NCBI GenBank assembly: GCA_000934665.2
Contig: JYFJ02003661.1
Location: forward strand, 1 to 39,135
Direction of reading: 5' to 3'
Length of the DNA: 39,135 bases
Source: Catajapyx aquilonaris
Taxonomy: Eukaryota
Below, piece after piece: positions 22,900 to 36,479 of the stretch (the first letter of the stretch is position 1; each line of letters opens with the position of its first letter). The notes beneath the pieces were generated by a model. That model did not search any database and was not told the origin of the DNA. It worked only from the letters and a program-made list of their open reading frames with translations. The position numbers and the translations under genes were made by a program.

Positions 22900-23000
22900 T
22901 AAAAAAAATTGCACAGGGTTTTTGTGCAAATTTTTTTATGAAGTTGAATTTATTTGCGGAAAATAAAACTATGCCACATTCTTCGGTATGACGTCACAGG
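22900..23000. promoter_or_regulatory. Divergent SDHB/PPP1R35-like promoter region with a CRE palindrome
   Basis: TGACGTCA at 22989-22996 and a short AT-rich inverted repeat at about 22902-22937, between divergent genes. Confidence 0.4.
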
Positions 23001-23420
23001 CAGTTGGACTATTCCCAACAAATTCCCAATCTTTAAACCTGAAATATAACGATCTAAATATTTAACTTCATTTTAATTATACACGTCCGTGCGCAATTAT
23101 CTGTAAATAATTAGGTAATTTTTTGCGGTTAAAATTAAGTGTAGGAACGCGTATTACCTGAGCGGGTGGCACCACTGGGACCAGTAATGGCGGGCGGCTG
23201 ACGGTTGGAGTTTTTTGTCGGCTGAATTTTAATCGGATAAAGGTAAAATCCAAGCGAGGTTTGCTGATAAAATAAGTGGATAAGGTTTGGGGCATTAGGT
23301 TCAGTAAGTTGCAATATGGCTCAGGTGTTAAAATTCATGGTTGAGATATAATCAGAGGCCAATATTATGAAGTTGCCACAACTTACTATTTACAGTAAAA
23401 AAAATTGTAATTTTCAGGCA

Positions 23421-24734
23421 ATGGAGTTGTCCACACCGAATCGTGAGCCTCGTGAGGATGTGCCCACACGAACCACACCTTCAGCACCCGCCATCCCACA
23501 GCCGGATCCAGACTTGACTTTAACGCCCATACGTGATTCTCCGGCGTCCGGAGTGGTGCAGGTTAGGGCAGGGCAAAAGATTAGTCGTTTAGCATCAGAA
23601 AGGGGAGTAAATGGGAAGAAGAAGGTCACTTTTGAGGCTGTGCCTGGGAAGACTGCTACTGCTTCTACTTCTGAAGGTACGTGCACTGATTACCATTTTT
23701 TGTACACTGTAACCTGCACTTTTGCATTTTAAAAGTAAGTACATAACGATTGTTTTGCATTCAAGGTGGGAAATCTAGTCTGCCGGTCGGTAGCAAATCC
23801 GAGTATGTTTTGCAAACTGTGGATGGACAGCTGCCATCAGCTAAGAGCAGTACGAGCAGTTCGCTAAGAAAATCAGTGTTGACGAAAAAATCTGCGACCA
23901 AGAGCAGTTTGGGCTCCAACAAGGTCGTTGTTTCACGCCTCAAAAAAATGGTGGAACCAGCCACGGGAGCAAGAAATATCAAGCAGGCGGAGAGGCAAAA
24001 AACCAGCTCCAGGGTAGCAGTTGTGCAGAACAGGATGTTTCCACTCCCTAATGTGAAAGTGACATGCACATCTCCAGTAAAGAAGGTCACTGTCAAGCAG
24101 TGTGTGACAAATTATCCCCAGGAACCTAATGCAGTAGAACCTAATTTGGCGGAACCTGAATTGAACACCATTCAGAAGTTTATGGACCATGCCTTGAAGC
24201 AAATTCATGACAACTTTACAGCAGATATGTGCGTTGAAGATGAAGCAAGAGAGAAGGTAAGACTTGCTAACATTTTCTCTTAATTTTTATTATTGGCATG
24301 CCATGTACAGTGCATTCAAATTTAATTCCGTAGTTAATGTTATGCCTCAGTTCAATCTTGTTTCAATTTAGTGAAGGAATAACATTTTTTTCCAAGGCTG
24401 TTAACTTTCCATCCATTTTCAGTCTTACGTCAAACTGTCCTTCCATCCAGACGACCGTGTCTACAGAGACCTGGTGTCCCTGAACATATGTGAAGATGAC
24501 TCTGTGACCAGAATGGAAAAGCGGCTCCAGTCGAAATCTACTCGGCTGCATCCAAAGCCAAGGGAGAGAGATCCGGATCCAGTCTTGAGCGACTTTTCCT
24601 CCATCAGGACACGGCAGGCACCTCCCATATTTCCATATCCATCCTTACAAGTTTCGTCCGTCCTACAAAAAGCACCGGCTAGTGCTGCATTTACATTGTG
24701 CGCTGATGTGGAAAAGTGGGGACAGTCTTGGTGA
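23421..24734 (+). CDS. PPP1R35: PPP1R35/Rcd4-like centriolar protein, about 352 aa. Exons 23421-23676, 23766-24256, 24423-24734
   Basis: Phase-consistent GT-AG model and an RVxF-type KKVTF motif. C-terminal AEPELNT...F.A..CVEDE...DRVYRDLVSLNI recalls the PPP1R35_C domain (APELQS...LFRDLVSLQV). Confidence 0.6.
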
Positions 24735-26052
24735 ACTTGGTAAATAGTGGAGGCCAACAGATTTGAAATCGACATGGTATTCCAGTGCAACGTTGGTTGT
24801 TCAATTGTAAGTGCGTTTGCATGCGGCACAAGTATTTTTAAAAATTTCAATTCCTTCTGTAGATATTTGATTGAAGCTGAAAAATGTTAATGACAACACC
24901 CTTTGTACATAAAATTACTTTTTTAATGTATCCATGATCATTTATAGAAAACAAGAATGTGATGGAAGTACAGGATTTAATATTTGCTGAATTAAATAGA
25001 GTCCCTTTTCATCCCTGAGATAAGGTAAACTCCCTGCAGAAAAAGCTATAGAAAAAAAAAACACCTTTGTCAATATCCACACCATAGATATTAATCTATC
25101 TATGATCCTCACAAAGCAGAGAGAAATCCTTTCACACAAAAATGTCCAAATTTTGAGCAATTATTCAGGCATACCTTATAAAAAGCTGCTATATATTTCT
25201 TTTAAATAAAGTTCTTTGCTACATTATACCATTTGAAAAATCCACACAACGATAAAAATAATTGAATACACAAAAAACCAGTCTCATTTAGGACAACCAT
25301 AACGCTTGGAATGTTGAAGTACATTTAACAGGGCAACTGTAGTATTGACATGCAACCTCATTACCCATCCATTGATATGTTGTCAGTATTGTTACAGCTG
25401 TTTATGAAACACTTGATCATTTTGTCCTAGGCTAATGCGTTGACAACTGCTATACATCTGGTATTGGCACTCAGGTACTGACGTCACTAGCCTAGTTAAT
25501 CCATAATTTCATTACTGGCATCATTGAAAGTCACTTACCATAGTGACGTACGCACCTGAGTTCCAATTGTGCTACTACAGCAGTGTATCACTCAAAGCTG
25601 CCTTTGTTTGTACTGTAATAGTCATACAACACGTTTCCATGAAATGAATACAATATTTTCTTAAAAATACGATAATTCCATTGGTCTATTCATTTATGGG
25701 CTGGTGTAGCCCTGGTATAACAAGTGCATGAACTACACTTGTTTACTCCAGTGCAAGTTGCACAATTGCAGCAGTAGCATTAATTGCATTTCAGATAAAC
25801 TTTGGTGTGGTCTAGACGGAAAAATTTAGGGTTTGACTGCATGTTTCATTCACAGTGTGCATAGCTGCATATTCATTTTCAGATATACATTATAATTCAC
25901 CCAGAGGATGTTTAAAAATTCCCTCTTGTATACAATCTACACAATGTTAAGTGAACTATATTACAACCAGCCGCAGTACTATAAATTAACTCGTTACAGT
26001 CCTTTTAAAGGTATGAACATTGTGACCTTCCATTTCCTTCTTGAAGACGGGC

Positions 26053-29000
26053 CTAGACCGCGCTTCTTAAGCTCCCAACGTGGCTCTGAAGGGACGCCGT
26101 CTTTGAAGGAATTTCCTTTGCATGTGAATGAGCAACAACTATGGAAAGACACTGGACCCACTCCTCTGCATTTTTGCCATCTTTAGCCTTGAGGACAAAG
26201 GACTTGTCATTTGTGAAGATCTCAAAAGCTTTTGGAATGTTGCGACCTCCTCGAGTCACCTTCACACTCCGGATTTGGGTCACCTCTATTGGTGACACCT
26301 CCTTGTCATCCTGAAACGTTGGAGGGTAAGTTCATTGTGTGACTGGCAGGGTTTAAACAGCAGAATCCGTTTATAAGGAATCTGACAGTATGGGAAGTCT
26401 TTCATTAATAAGAGACAATCTTAATTAGTGAAGTTCATGATTTGTAGCTTACAAGAATTTTTTGTTCCAACCAAGTTCATTAGAAACGGATTCTACTGTT
26501 TATCTGGCATGGAAAGTGTAACTTACAGTCCCCCTGCAGGACAGGTGAACTCCAGAGAGGGTGAAATATCGCGTCCGCCACCGCTTAAAGATCTTCCACT
26601 TTCCCTTCTTCTCCTTCAGCTGCCCTTCAATCACTGGCTCCGTATTGCGAAGGAATCCAAGAGCTCTGTCAGGATGGTTACACAGAAAGCAACCCCACTG
26701 CTTCCGTGGGCCGTTGTACTCAAACACATCAAAGAAACCGTTGTTGCGTAGCTCATGAAGAAGCATGTCCTGATCCTGGAATGGAATGTTGGTGAGATAT
26801 GCCATCAAAATACGTATGGACAAATGGAAGACCGATGTGGTCATATGCATTTAAGTTGTCACAAACACGGTGCATGCATCATTACCTTTGCAGAAGGAAA
26901 TGCTGATGTGACCAGTGTGAGGAATGTCTTGTTCTCAAATTTGAGTATGTCCCAGCAGTTCTTCAAACTACTAACTGAAGCTTCACGTGTGCTAAGTGCT
27001 GAGCTGGAGCGTGCCTGTTGGGATAATGATTCAAGCACATATGTACAGGATTACAAATTTTACATCTGCTCACCTGCTGTGCTAGAAACATGAGATGTAT
27101 CCAGATGCGCGGGTTTCTCGTCTTCATTGCAAATAAGGTCTTGTTGTAGAGGCAGTGCTCTCCTCTCCCTTGGCAAGCAAAGTGGAGTTTGGCCAGCTTC
27201 CTGCTCTTTCGCTCTACAGCAAAAGGATCATCAATTGCACGTCCCATGTAGAGATGGTATGAGCAATTTACCTTCAATAGTACACTTGGCTGGCAAAGGT
27301 ATCTTGACCAGAACCTTCTCCATGTAGGACTTAATCTTGTCCAGATGCTTCTCGCAAAAGTGCTGCACTGTGTCGCGCATTGGGTATGGCTCAAACACAC
27401 TGATCCTCTGAAATGGAATCATTGAACATGTTACCCTTTGCAGTCCTTAGCTGGGAAGGCATAGTGCTATGCTGCTGCCCATTTTTCCGTAATGAATAAT
27501 ATTCACTCACCTGCGTCCCAGACAAACTGGTCTGCCCCTGGCTGTTGGAAATGACCGTGACGCTGGTGTTGGTCCTTCTGGTGTACGTGACTCCTGACAG
27601 AGTGGTAGCCTGGCTTCCAGACAGTGGTGGAGGGGAGGACGCAGCAGGAGGAGGTGGAAGGGGGAACGATGGATGACCATGTGAATGGATGTGAGGCGGG
27701 AGGTGTGAAGTGGTGGTTGTAGGGGCAGCCAGGGGAGGAGCTGAGGATGACGTGGAGAGTGGCGGGGGNGGGAGGTATGAGGAGGAGGTGGTTGAGTGGT
27801 GAGGAAGAGGAAGAGATGGCAGTTCCAGATTGGCTGAGAGGAGAAGTGGTTCCCGACTGGCTCAAAGGGATGGTCGTGCCCGAGTGGCTCAAGCTGGGAG
27901 CCATCACTGCGCCCGAGTGATGAAGTGGAGGAGGATAATGGAGGCGGCTTCCCGACTGGTTCAACGGGATCAGGTTGCTTAGGTTCAGGCCAGGTGGACC
28001 TGGAAGAACTGTAAAGAAATGGAGTGTAAATAAGTCCATAAAAAATAACTATAAGTATTCTGGAACAATGCATGCTATTAAAAGAAAGTGGTACTATTTT
28101 CGCACCTGTGTCTCTCGCTATCTGCGCAGTAGGGATGGCCTGTGGGTGGTGTGGAAATGTAGTTGTGATGGAGACCAGGGTTACGTCTCTCTCCTCTCGA
28201 AGTGCTGACATGCTCCCACTGGATGTTGTCAAAAAGCTGAAACCAAAGGCATTCGCTCTGAGTTAAATATTAAATATGTAGATTAAAGTAATAAAAGACG
28301 GTGCATTGAAATTGAGTGAAGAATGACCTTTATCTAATTGTTCTGACCTCAGAAAGCACCAAAAGATTTGACCCTTGATGTCTCAATATATTAGTTTCTA
28401 GTAGATGTGTTCATGCCTAACCTGGTGCTCTTGTTAGGATTGATGGTGCCAAGGGTAGTGGTGACAGTGACACTTCCGCTACTGACCCTTCCACCACCAC
28501 CAGAATGGTGTACATTTCCTCTGCTACTCCCAATGGCAGAGACGCTCTGGTTGACGGAGAGTGCAGAGGGGACCATCCCTAAGTTGATCTGCTGGTTGGA
28601 GTTCAGCCTCGTCATGCTTTTGTGCAAGCCAGCAGAAGAAGAGCCGAGAAGACGGCCTCCTGACGAGTTCAACCGGGTCATGCTGCGGTTGACATGAACT
28701 GAAGATCCCAGCCGACTTCTTCCAGCCCCTGAGCCTGCTTCAGACAGCTTCTGCCTGCTACCCAGCACGCGACTCCCTGTCACTTCTGGTTTGCTACTAG
28801 CCTCCTGTCTCTGAATACTGCTGCAGCTTCCACTTTGGGGCAATAGGCTGGGAAGATCGGTCTTGCTGCTCTCGCCTCCCACCTTCACAATAGTTATTCG
28901 ACCGGATGTCTGGCTCACCTGCCCACTGCTGCGCCCACAAGGTGATGTAATTATTACACCGAGACAACTCTTCGATAATCACTAACTTACTTTCTGGAAG

Positions 29001-30934
29001 AAAATTCAGCCTTGAGCTGCTGCACCAGCATCCTAGCTCCACTCGATGTGGAGTCACCACACTTGGTTACTTCACCAACAACCTTTTCAGTCAGAAGCAC
29101 TGGATAGCTGGAGCACAGGGATGAAACCTCCTTCAGCAAGAGTGCTTGGCTTGCATGGTCCACTCGACACAACTCCCCCAAGATATAGTCAAGGGCATCC
29201 TGCGACTTTTCCTGATTTAGAAAATTAAAAAATTAACCTCAGCAACTGTGAGCGCCTTTTTTGACGTACACAGAGAATTGTGTCTGACCTTGCTAAGTTT
29301 GCTCACAGCCGATATGACCTGGCAAGCAAGGCAGGTAGTGTTCGGCTGCCTGTCTGCCACCTGCTTCATTTTGGCCAGGTGCTCTATAAGGGGCTGAGGA
29401 CGAACTGAGGACATGTCCAGGAATATCTGGAGGGTGGCAGCAGATGTTCCACTCACTGTCAAGCACTCACACAACTGGGGGAGGCTTGGATCTAGAAGCT
29501 GGAGAAAAAAAAATGATTTAAATATGGTCATTTATTTGGCACATGTCGTAAGAAAACAGTTCTCAGATCACTTACAGATGGCTTGTTCTTAGCGATGAGT
29601 CCAAAGAGAGTAAGCAATGCAAGCTTCTCTGGATTTTCACAAAGAGGTAGCAGTGAGACCAACGCCATCACATGGTCATGGATAGGCTCCTTATTGACAG
29701 CATAGATTTGGGGCAGGACTCGTGACAGAGAGTAGTTTCCGGATATGACAGAGTCAATTATGGGCTGAATATGCTCTGCAAGTAAATCAGCATTTCCAAT
29801 AGCAGCCAGGGACAAGTATGATGACATGTTGCGTGACAGCTCCTTGTTTCCTTTGTGCAAGAATTTGACAGCGATTGGCAAGGCCAGCTTCATGACTTGG
29901 CGCTTTCCATAATTCTAGAATGAATATTCACATTATTGCAAGATAAACATACTTGATGATAAATTAGCCTTCAAGACACAGAGGAGATGCATACCAGAAA
30001 TATGCAGGAAATGACATCCGAGGATATCTTTGCATGTGGAGGATCTTCATCTCTATTGGACGGTTTTAGGTCATGACTCAAGCAGGACTCAAGAAGTGCA
30101 ACTAACGCCTGGGAATGTTGTTCAATAGAGCCAGTTTCCCTGCAGATGATGAGGATTTTAATTTTTTTAATTTACAAATGACCCTATTCTGTTACAATCA
30201 TACAACTGAACCCATGTTCACAAGCCAAGAGACGCAACTGAATTGTTTTACACTGATCCAGCTTAATCTTCGCCATACATGACATGTCCTACCTGATTGC
30301 AGAAGTAACTCTCGTTATGCAGATTTCCACTACGCTTTGGTCGTTGTCATTGTTGAGGTAGTCCGGAAGGCTGGAAATCTCACGAATTTTGTTGACCACT
30401 TCAGTCAAGTCATTCACTATGAGTTGGTCTGCCACTGAGAACAAGTCTCCCGCCTGCGAAAACAAAGTCAGACTGTCAATAACTGCAGTACATAAATAAA
30501 ATTGTCCACATCCATGCTTGTCATGCCAGGTTTCAAAAAAACAGAAAACTTAACGAGTGCAAATGTGAAAAACCAAGTAATTCAAAGCAATAACTGTCAG
30601 GCACTTCATGTTTTGCAGTGACTAAATAAATTCCTTCAAATAAAATGGCAAAAATTGCATGCATTCTGGGTAGTATTAAACACTGCACACATTAATAGCA
30701 AATAAATACTGGCCATTTTTTTATACAAAACAACATAAGCTCCAGCTGCTTTCTGGCTGCTTCTTGTTTGCAGTACTGCAAATGGAAGTAATTAAACACA
30801 ACATCCAATGTTCACATCCCCTTCCCAACAACAGTTCCTGAAATAAGTTTAGGTTGGAATAAACAGGTGTATAATCGACTCATTACCTTTGACAAGTCCT
30901 TCTTGTTGAGGACTTGAGTAAATAACTCGTGCAT
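26053..30934 (-). CDS. VEPH1: Melted/VEPH1 PH-domain protein. Exons approx. 30934-30887, 30453-30293, 30139-29995, 29914-29576, 29498-29289, 29211-28991, 28925-28422, 28236-28106, 28008-27511 (apparent frameshift), 27407-27272, 27213-27074, 27014-26886, 26775-26527, 26310-26053
   Basis: [43 protein letters not shown] and [15 protein letters not shown]-terminal PH domain [27 protein letters not shown]...AFEIFT...AEEWVQCL. Confidence 0.93.
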
Positions 30935-33134
30935 TGTGGTTGGAATGCAGAGAGACATGGTGTACTTCTTCTTGTCTTTTCTCATTCAAGATTATCACAT
31001 CATTTTCATTGGAATATCTGAAATGAAATGATACGTATTAGGATTTCTCTCCATCTTGGCAGTGCCTTATCTTTGCTAAATGCACACGGTCGTTTGAAAC
31101 AATAATGCAAGAGTGCACTTTCAATGAAGACATTGACGGATTCCTGACAAAATGGCGTTTATTGCTGCCGTCACATTTCATCGGAAATTAATCATTTACG
31201 TAGTTCCACACCATTCTGTGACGATTCAGCAACATTGTAGTAATTGGGGGGAAAAAAAATGTCTATGACTTAATTTCAGTAGTGAAAGTGACAGTTCCAC
31301 ATTCATATGATAACAGACAAAAAAAAATGCAGATTAATGCATACGTGTCTAAAAACTTTACGTGATCTACTTATGTCACGCTGGGGGAATTAGCAATATT
31401 ATGAAAATTACATTAACGCTTTGCATGGTCTGACCAGTCACCAGAGGTGTCATTATGTCGGTCTTAAATAGGTGGTCAGGTAATACCTGGACACCACTGG
31501 CGACCCCACTATTATTATTATTATTTTATATGGAAAATAATGCCTCGAAGAAATATATCTATGTATGAAAATTACATTTCATAATTAAAATAACGTTGCA
31601 TAAACCCCATAATTTGTTACCTTACGTCCGAAACTCATTGAAGTGCAGACATTGCTTTCACCCCGTGTTGCAGGAAAGTGAGAGTCTAGCCGGAGTGGGC
31701 GTCTGCAAACCCTTTCCTTTAGAAGTGCGGGGGTGGGTTCACACAACCGGAAAAAAATGCACCAACCAGAGCGAAACCACAAAAAAAAGGAAAATGAAAA
31801 AAAAAAAGTGTCCTATCAATACATGGGCACTCCCTCTTGTTGCTAATTGGACACCCATCTTTATATAGATAAGTACCAAGATACGTGTCATATCATACCA
31901 AAAAAAAAAATGATGTTACCCCCTCCACCCTCTGCCGCCCACATATGAATTGCGTTCCTTTTTTTTTTTTTTTTTGCCTCCTGTTGAATGTCAACCCGGC
32001 TGATTCCATACCGTCAGTTCCAACTTGGTGCGACCCAGTTTTTGATCCGTCCATTGCTTGTTGGATGCCCCCGTCTCTTGGTAGCAGCTGATCGCCTTCC
32101 TTCCGGGGTCTTTCCCTTTGCAGCTGGGCGACGGTCAATGCCCGACCGATCCTGGCCCGAGTTTCACTTGCCCTCGTCTGCCCGCCATCTTGGAATTGGC
32201 CTGTCAGCAACAAGGTTGACACGTCGGTGGATGATTTTTTTTATTTTTAAAAGGGGGGATGTCTTTTGCCATATTCAATTTAGTTTGTAAAATCGGTGTA
32301 AATTTCATATGAAATAATATGACAAATGTAGCATGTAAAATCAGAGTTAATGTCTGCCTCTCAAGGGTTGCTACCTTGGAAGGAAAAACGACTGACCCGG
32401 GCTATTCAAAATTGTGTTCGATCGTGTTCGATTGAAGCAAAACTTGCATTACATTAGTATTACAACTTTTTATACAGGGTGTTCCTTTATGTTGAAGTGT
32501 GTATACATTTTTTGGGGGCCTCCATTGGATATCGTGTCTCAGGAGGTTAAAGGTCGGCAGTGATTATTATTTTAGAAGACACACATCTGCCCGATTGCAT
32601 CAACTGAAATTAATTACCGATTCGATAGCTCCTAACAGATCATTAGCACACGTTAAAAGGGCTCCTAACGATCCATTCGGTAATTTCGGTTGGTGCAATC
32701 AAGCATCAGGCAGATTCTAAAGAATCCTTCATTCATCCAAGAAATCACAAGGAATAAACAGTTGATGTAAAAATACATGTAAATTATATGACAAAGTGCC
32801 AAAAAGGAATTTTCACAATAAGATTTAAAGGCGATAAAAACACTTTTTGGGGTACTTCTGGTTATAATTAATAAAAGTACATAGCTGAACAATACTGTCT
32901 TGCAAAATCCCATTATTCCCCATTCTAGAGTGAAAGATTATTTTTACATTCCATCATTAAAGTAAGGTTATTATTCCCTGATGGTTTGAAAATATTTTAA
33001 CAGCAATGTTTTTGAAGAAACACTTCAGTTTCAACTTCTGTTGCAATTTTTGCTGGAGTAAGACAAGGAAGTTGCAAGGCATTTCAAGATCAAGGTCTTC
33101 TGTCATAAAGTACAAGTTGTCCAAAAAGCAAGTT

Positions 33135-34567
33135 TTATTGGCTGTCAGCACTTTGTTTGGGCACAGCTCCCTTCCTCATTGGGATCACTTTCTGGAAGGC
33201 CTCCTTCCAAGACAGACCTTGACATACATTCACTATGATTTCAAAAACTGAAAAAGAAGAAAGCACTTGTGATAATCCCATCTGCAATCATTTGTACAAG
33301 TTTTTACATGCCAGCAAATGCTAGAATAATAAATTCTTCACAACAATAGAAAATTGCCTACTGGCATAATTATATTTTAAATGTATTGTGTAATTACTAA
33401 TTATAATATTAGCACTGGTTAAAAACAAGGAAAATTTATTATACCATGATCAATGGTGAGCACTTTCCTGGTCTTCATTTCCATAAATTTTTCAATGGGA
33501 AGCCGTCCATGTGAGATGCCTCCTTTGACTGCCTCACTGTGACACAATCCTTTGTGGGTGTTGTGATCCACCAACCCACCAATCACATACACCTTATCAT
33601 CCTCCAGTTCACTTATCACATTTTCAGACTCACTAGTCAGGTACACTACAGACTCCTTTGAAAATATCGCATCAAATCTCTCTTCTCTGAAATGGACCTG
33701 AAAGAATAAGCTGTCAAAATTGTGGACTACAAACGTAAAAAGTATGGCAGCTGCATATGCACCCGAGAGAACAGAATTAGCTCAGATCAGCATTTGTGAC
33801 AATTTTGTGTATGATTGTTTTATCTGCAAGTGTGGCTGGATGTCATACTGTCCTGATGTAAGCTATGCTTCATCTACTCATACTAATACCGTTGTAATGT
33901 GGCATACAAAACAACTTACATCCCAATTACTGTATCCCTCATGTTTATCCATGTCCTCCTTTGATCGTCCATTGAAGCTCGTCACATATAACTGGAGCGG
34001 GTTAGGACTTCGCCTATTTAGGCTATAGCAGTGAAGAATTTGCTTGGTGCACTTGCCCAGGTCCTACCACATAACAATGCGTTTAACAAAAATCTATAAT
34101 TTCATTTCTTGCATCTCTACCTTGTCATTCATAAGGTCGTCAAACGATAGATCTATTGCGACTTGTATCCGGCACGTACTGTTGGCCATGGTGCATCGTT
34201 TCAGCTCTTTCCTTGATGGGCCCGAAATGAGGTTGAGCTCTCTTGCAACTTCCCTACGTTCCTTCTTCTTCTGTCGTTCCCTTTCACTGCAATGATGTGT
34301 TGTCAATTTGTAATTATTTTACTCAATTGCATGCATTACCGACCGCTTCTGCTTCTTGGTCTGCTCCCATTTGACCTTCTTGGCCAGCTTTTTCATCTGC
34401 CTTTTGGACAATGCAGGTTTCCCAACCTCATGGTTATCCTGAGAGCATGGTGGGTCCTCATTACCATCAGCATGCTCGGCTTTGAGCCTCTTCTGGGCCG
34501 GTTCCTCGCCATCAACGCCCGCTTCTGTTATTTCCGATGCGTTACCTGCAGCCGCCTCCGACTCCAT
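33135..34567 (-). CDS. TRMT10A: tRNA m1G9 methyltransferase TRM10 homolog A, about 299 aa. Exons 34567-34344, 34286-34121, 34063-33920, 33697-33445, 33247-33135
   Basis: LSKRQMKK, IDLSFDDLM, CYSLNRR, YLTSESEN, YVIGGLVDHN, RLPI and RKVLTIDHVFEI...SWKEAF..VIP.RK. Alternative ATG at 34579. Confidence 0.92.
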
Positions 34568-35106
34568 ACTCTTGATCATGCCCAATCGAGCTGTGAAACT
34601 CTGCAATAATCCTAAGAAAAATCGTGAAAATTTTCGCACAAGTATATCCAGCAGCCATGCTTTTTGTGCCTCACGGGCGCGGCCATGTTTGCCTTTCACG
34701 TCTGACCAATCAAATGACGAGTCTGTGTGCACGTGACCTAAAATGCTACCGATTGGATCTATTGAGATCGTTTTGATTGAAAACCGCGAATTTTCATTCT
34801 TCAAGTCGCGGTTATTTTTGTCTTTGGTTTTCCTTCCATTTTGATAATATTCGCAATCTATTCCTATGCCGACCAGGAATTTCCTGGGAGGCGTTGCACT
34901 TCCTTGAGCAATTATGTAATACAGTGATGCATGATCAGGAAAATTGCTTGGTGAAAATAGTGCACAAGAAGTTCCAGAAGATAATGTTTTATTTTGCGTA
35001 TAATAATAATTGTGATGAGTTATTTGATATTAATTGGTCGGAAAGTCGCAATTGAAATGCAGATAATAATTGTTGTAGTATTAGTGAAGCTTGAAAATCG
35101 ATGGCA

Positions 35107-36175
35107 TTATCTTTTGGTCGCATCCTGATTGTCACTGGCGATGCAGGTTCCATGAGCAGTGCAGGAGGTTCCCCAAGGGCAGCAGTGTTGCATATCAGGA
35201 CAGCAGCTTGCCTGAAATGTGAATGTTTAAATGGTGGAAACAATTATTCAATTTTACTACTAGCTGTTAAATATGACAGTGAACAAATCTACAGAAGTTC
35301 CTGCATTCTAAAGATTTGAGTCCAACTTAAATGCTGGAAGTATAGAATTTATTGGCAAAATTATTCATGCGATTATAATGCACTGTTAGCATATGATAAA
35401 CAAAGGTGTCATTACCCCCAGTAGAGGACAGCATCCCCAGTGTCCTCCACGAACGGGACAGCAGGTGGACATTCCAGTGCAGAATGTGCGATCAGGACAG
35501 AAATCATTAACATTTTCTTCTTTGGGAACACTCATGGTAGTAATTTTCTGAAATCAAATTGCTCGTAACTATAAAGCCTACCTGAAAAAATATGAATCAG
35601 AACAAACCTGTGTGCAGCTCTTTCCAATCAAGTCGCATGTCTGTCCCTCTGGACAGCAATGAATCTTGTCAACACAGCAAACAGCATTTCCGAAGGGGCA
35701 GCATCCGTACCCTGAGTCAGAGGCGCAGCAGGTGTACCCGTTGGGACATGACTGTTGGTGATCTGGACAAAGATACCGCCCTGATGTGGTCAAATCTGCA
35801 AAGTATGACATATTATTACCAGATGACACGCAGTTTCTATTCTGCAAGAAATGAGTGAGAATTAATACAGTCACTTAATTCAAACATACTTTGTGGTATG
35901 TCTCTAGGTTTCTCTGGTGGAGCCAGTTTGACCATCCATTCCACGATGCGTCCATCCCCTTTGATGCAGAATCCCGTCTCAGTACTGCACTGGTATCCTG
36001 CAGGGCAGCAGTGTATCATGTCACCACAGCAGTTGGCATTGGCCCAGGGGCAGCATCCTTCATTCCCAAGTGGTGTGGGACAGCAGGTGTCATCTGCAGG
36101 GCATTTGCTTCCTCCAGGACATACACTGGCTGTGGCAATTGCTACAAGAGCAGACAGGACGAGAAGCGACTGCAT
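35107..36175 (-). CDS. GRN: Short progranulin-like secreted protein, 236 aa, three granulin domains. Exons 36175-35890, 35795-35608, 35547-35416, 35211-35107
   Basis: Signal peptide MQSLLVLSALVAIATA and three complete 12-Cys motifs C-C-CC-CC-CC(D..H)CC-C-C. Confidence 0.88.
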
Positions 36176-36479
36176 TACTAAGCTTCTGTTGTCCTACAAA
36201 CGTGAGCACACAGCATCCCTTCTTCACTAATCGACAGTGGCTGCAACGCGACCACATCAGATTCAGTTATCTCGAGATTACTTCCTCTGCAAAATTGGAG
36301 GAACTGCTCTTATCAAAGTGGAGGATATGTTGTATATGAAGTTTGAATTATGCAATTACGCGCCGCAATTGCAACGCTTCCAGTAGCTGAGTCGGTGCTA
36401 TCAGTGCCTGCTGTGACACGAGTTGGACGTGTTTGATTTTCCTGTCCTTTTTTGTCCTTCCTGGACCGACGACGACGGA

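Noticed and set aside
22796..22900. Iron-responsive element in the SDHB 5' UTR (as in Drosophila SdhB)
   Set aside because: Two CAGTGG hexamers occur on the - strand, but their flanks (GCTGG/AGGAA; TAGAA/GCAAC) cannot form the required 5-bp upper stem.
31437..31504. 15-bp imperfect inverted repeat upstream of the VEPH1 coding exons
   Set aside because: Short (13/15), no TSD and no second copy in the window.
32957..33134. Third dicistronic ORF downstream of TRMT10A
   Set aside because: No recognisable protein family, and AATAAA overlaps the TRMT10A stop, suggesting the mRNA ends there.
180..34567. Functional tRNA-metabolism cluster (GARS, Pcc1, PUSL1, TRMT10A)
   Set aside because: The genes are interspersed with unrelated housekeeping genes; chance cannot be excluded without synteny data.
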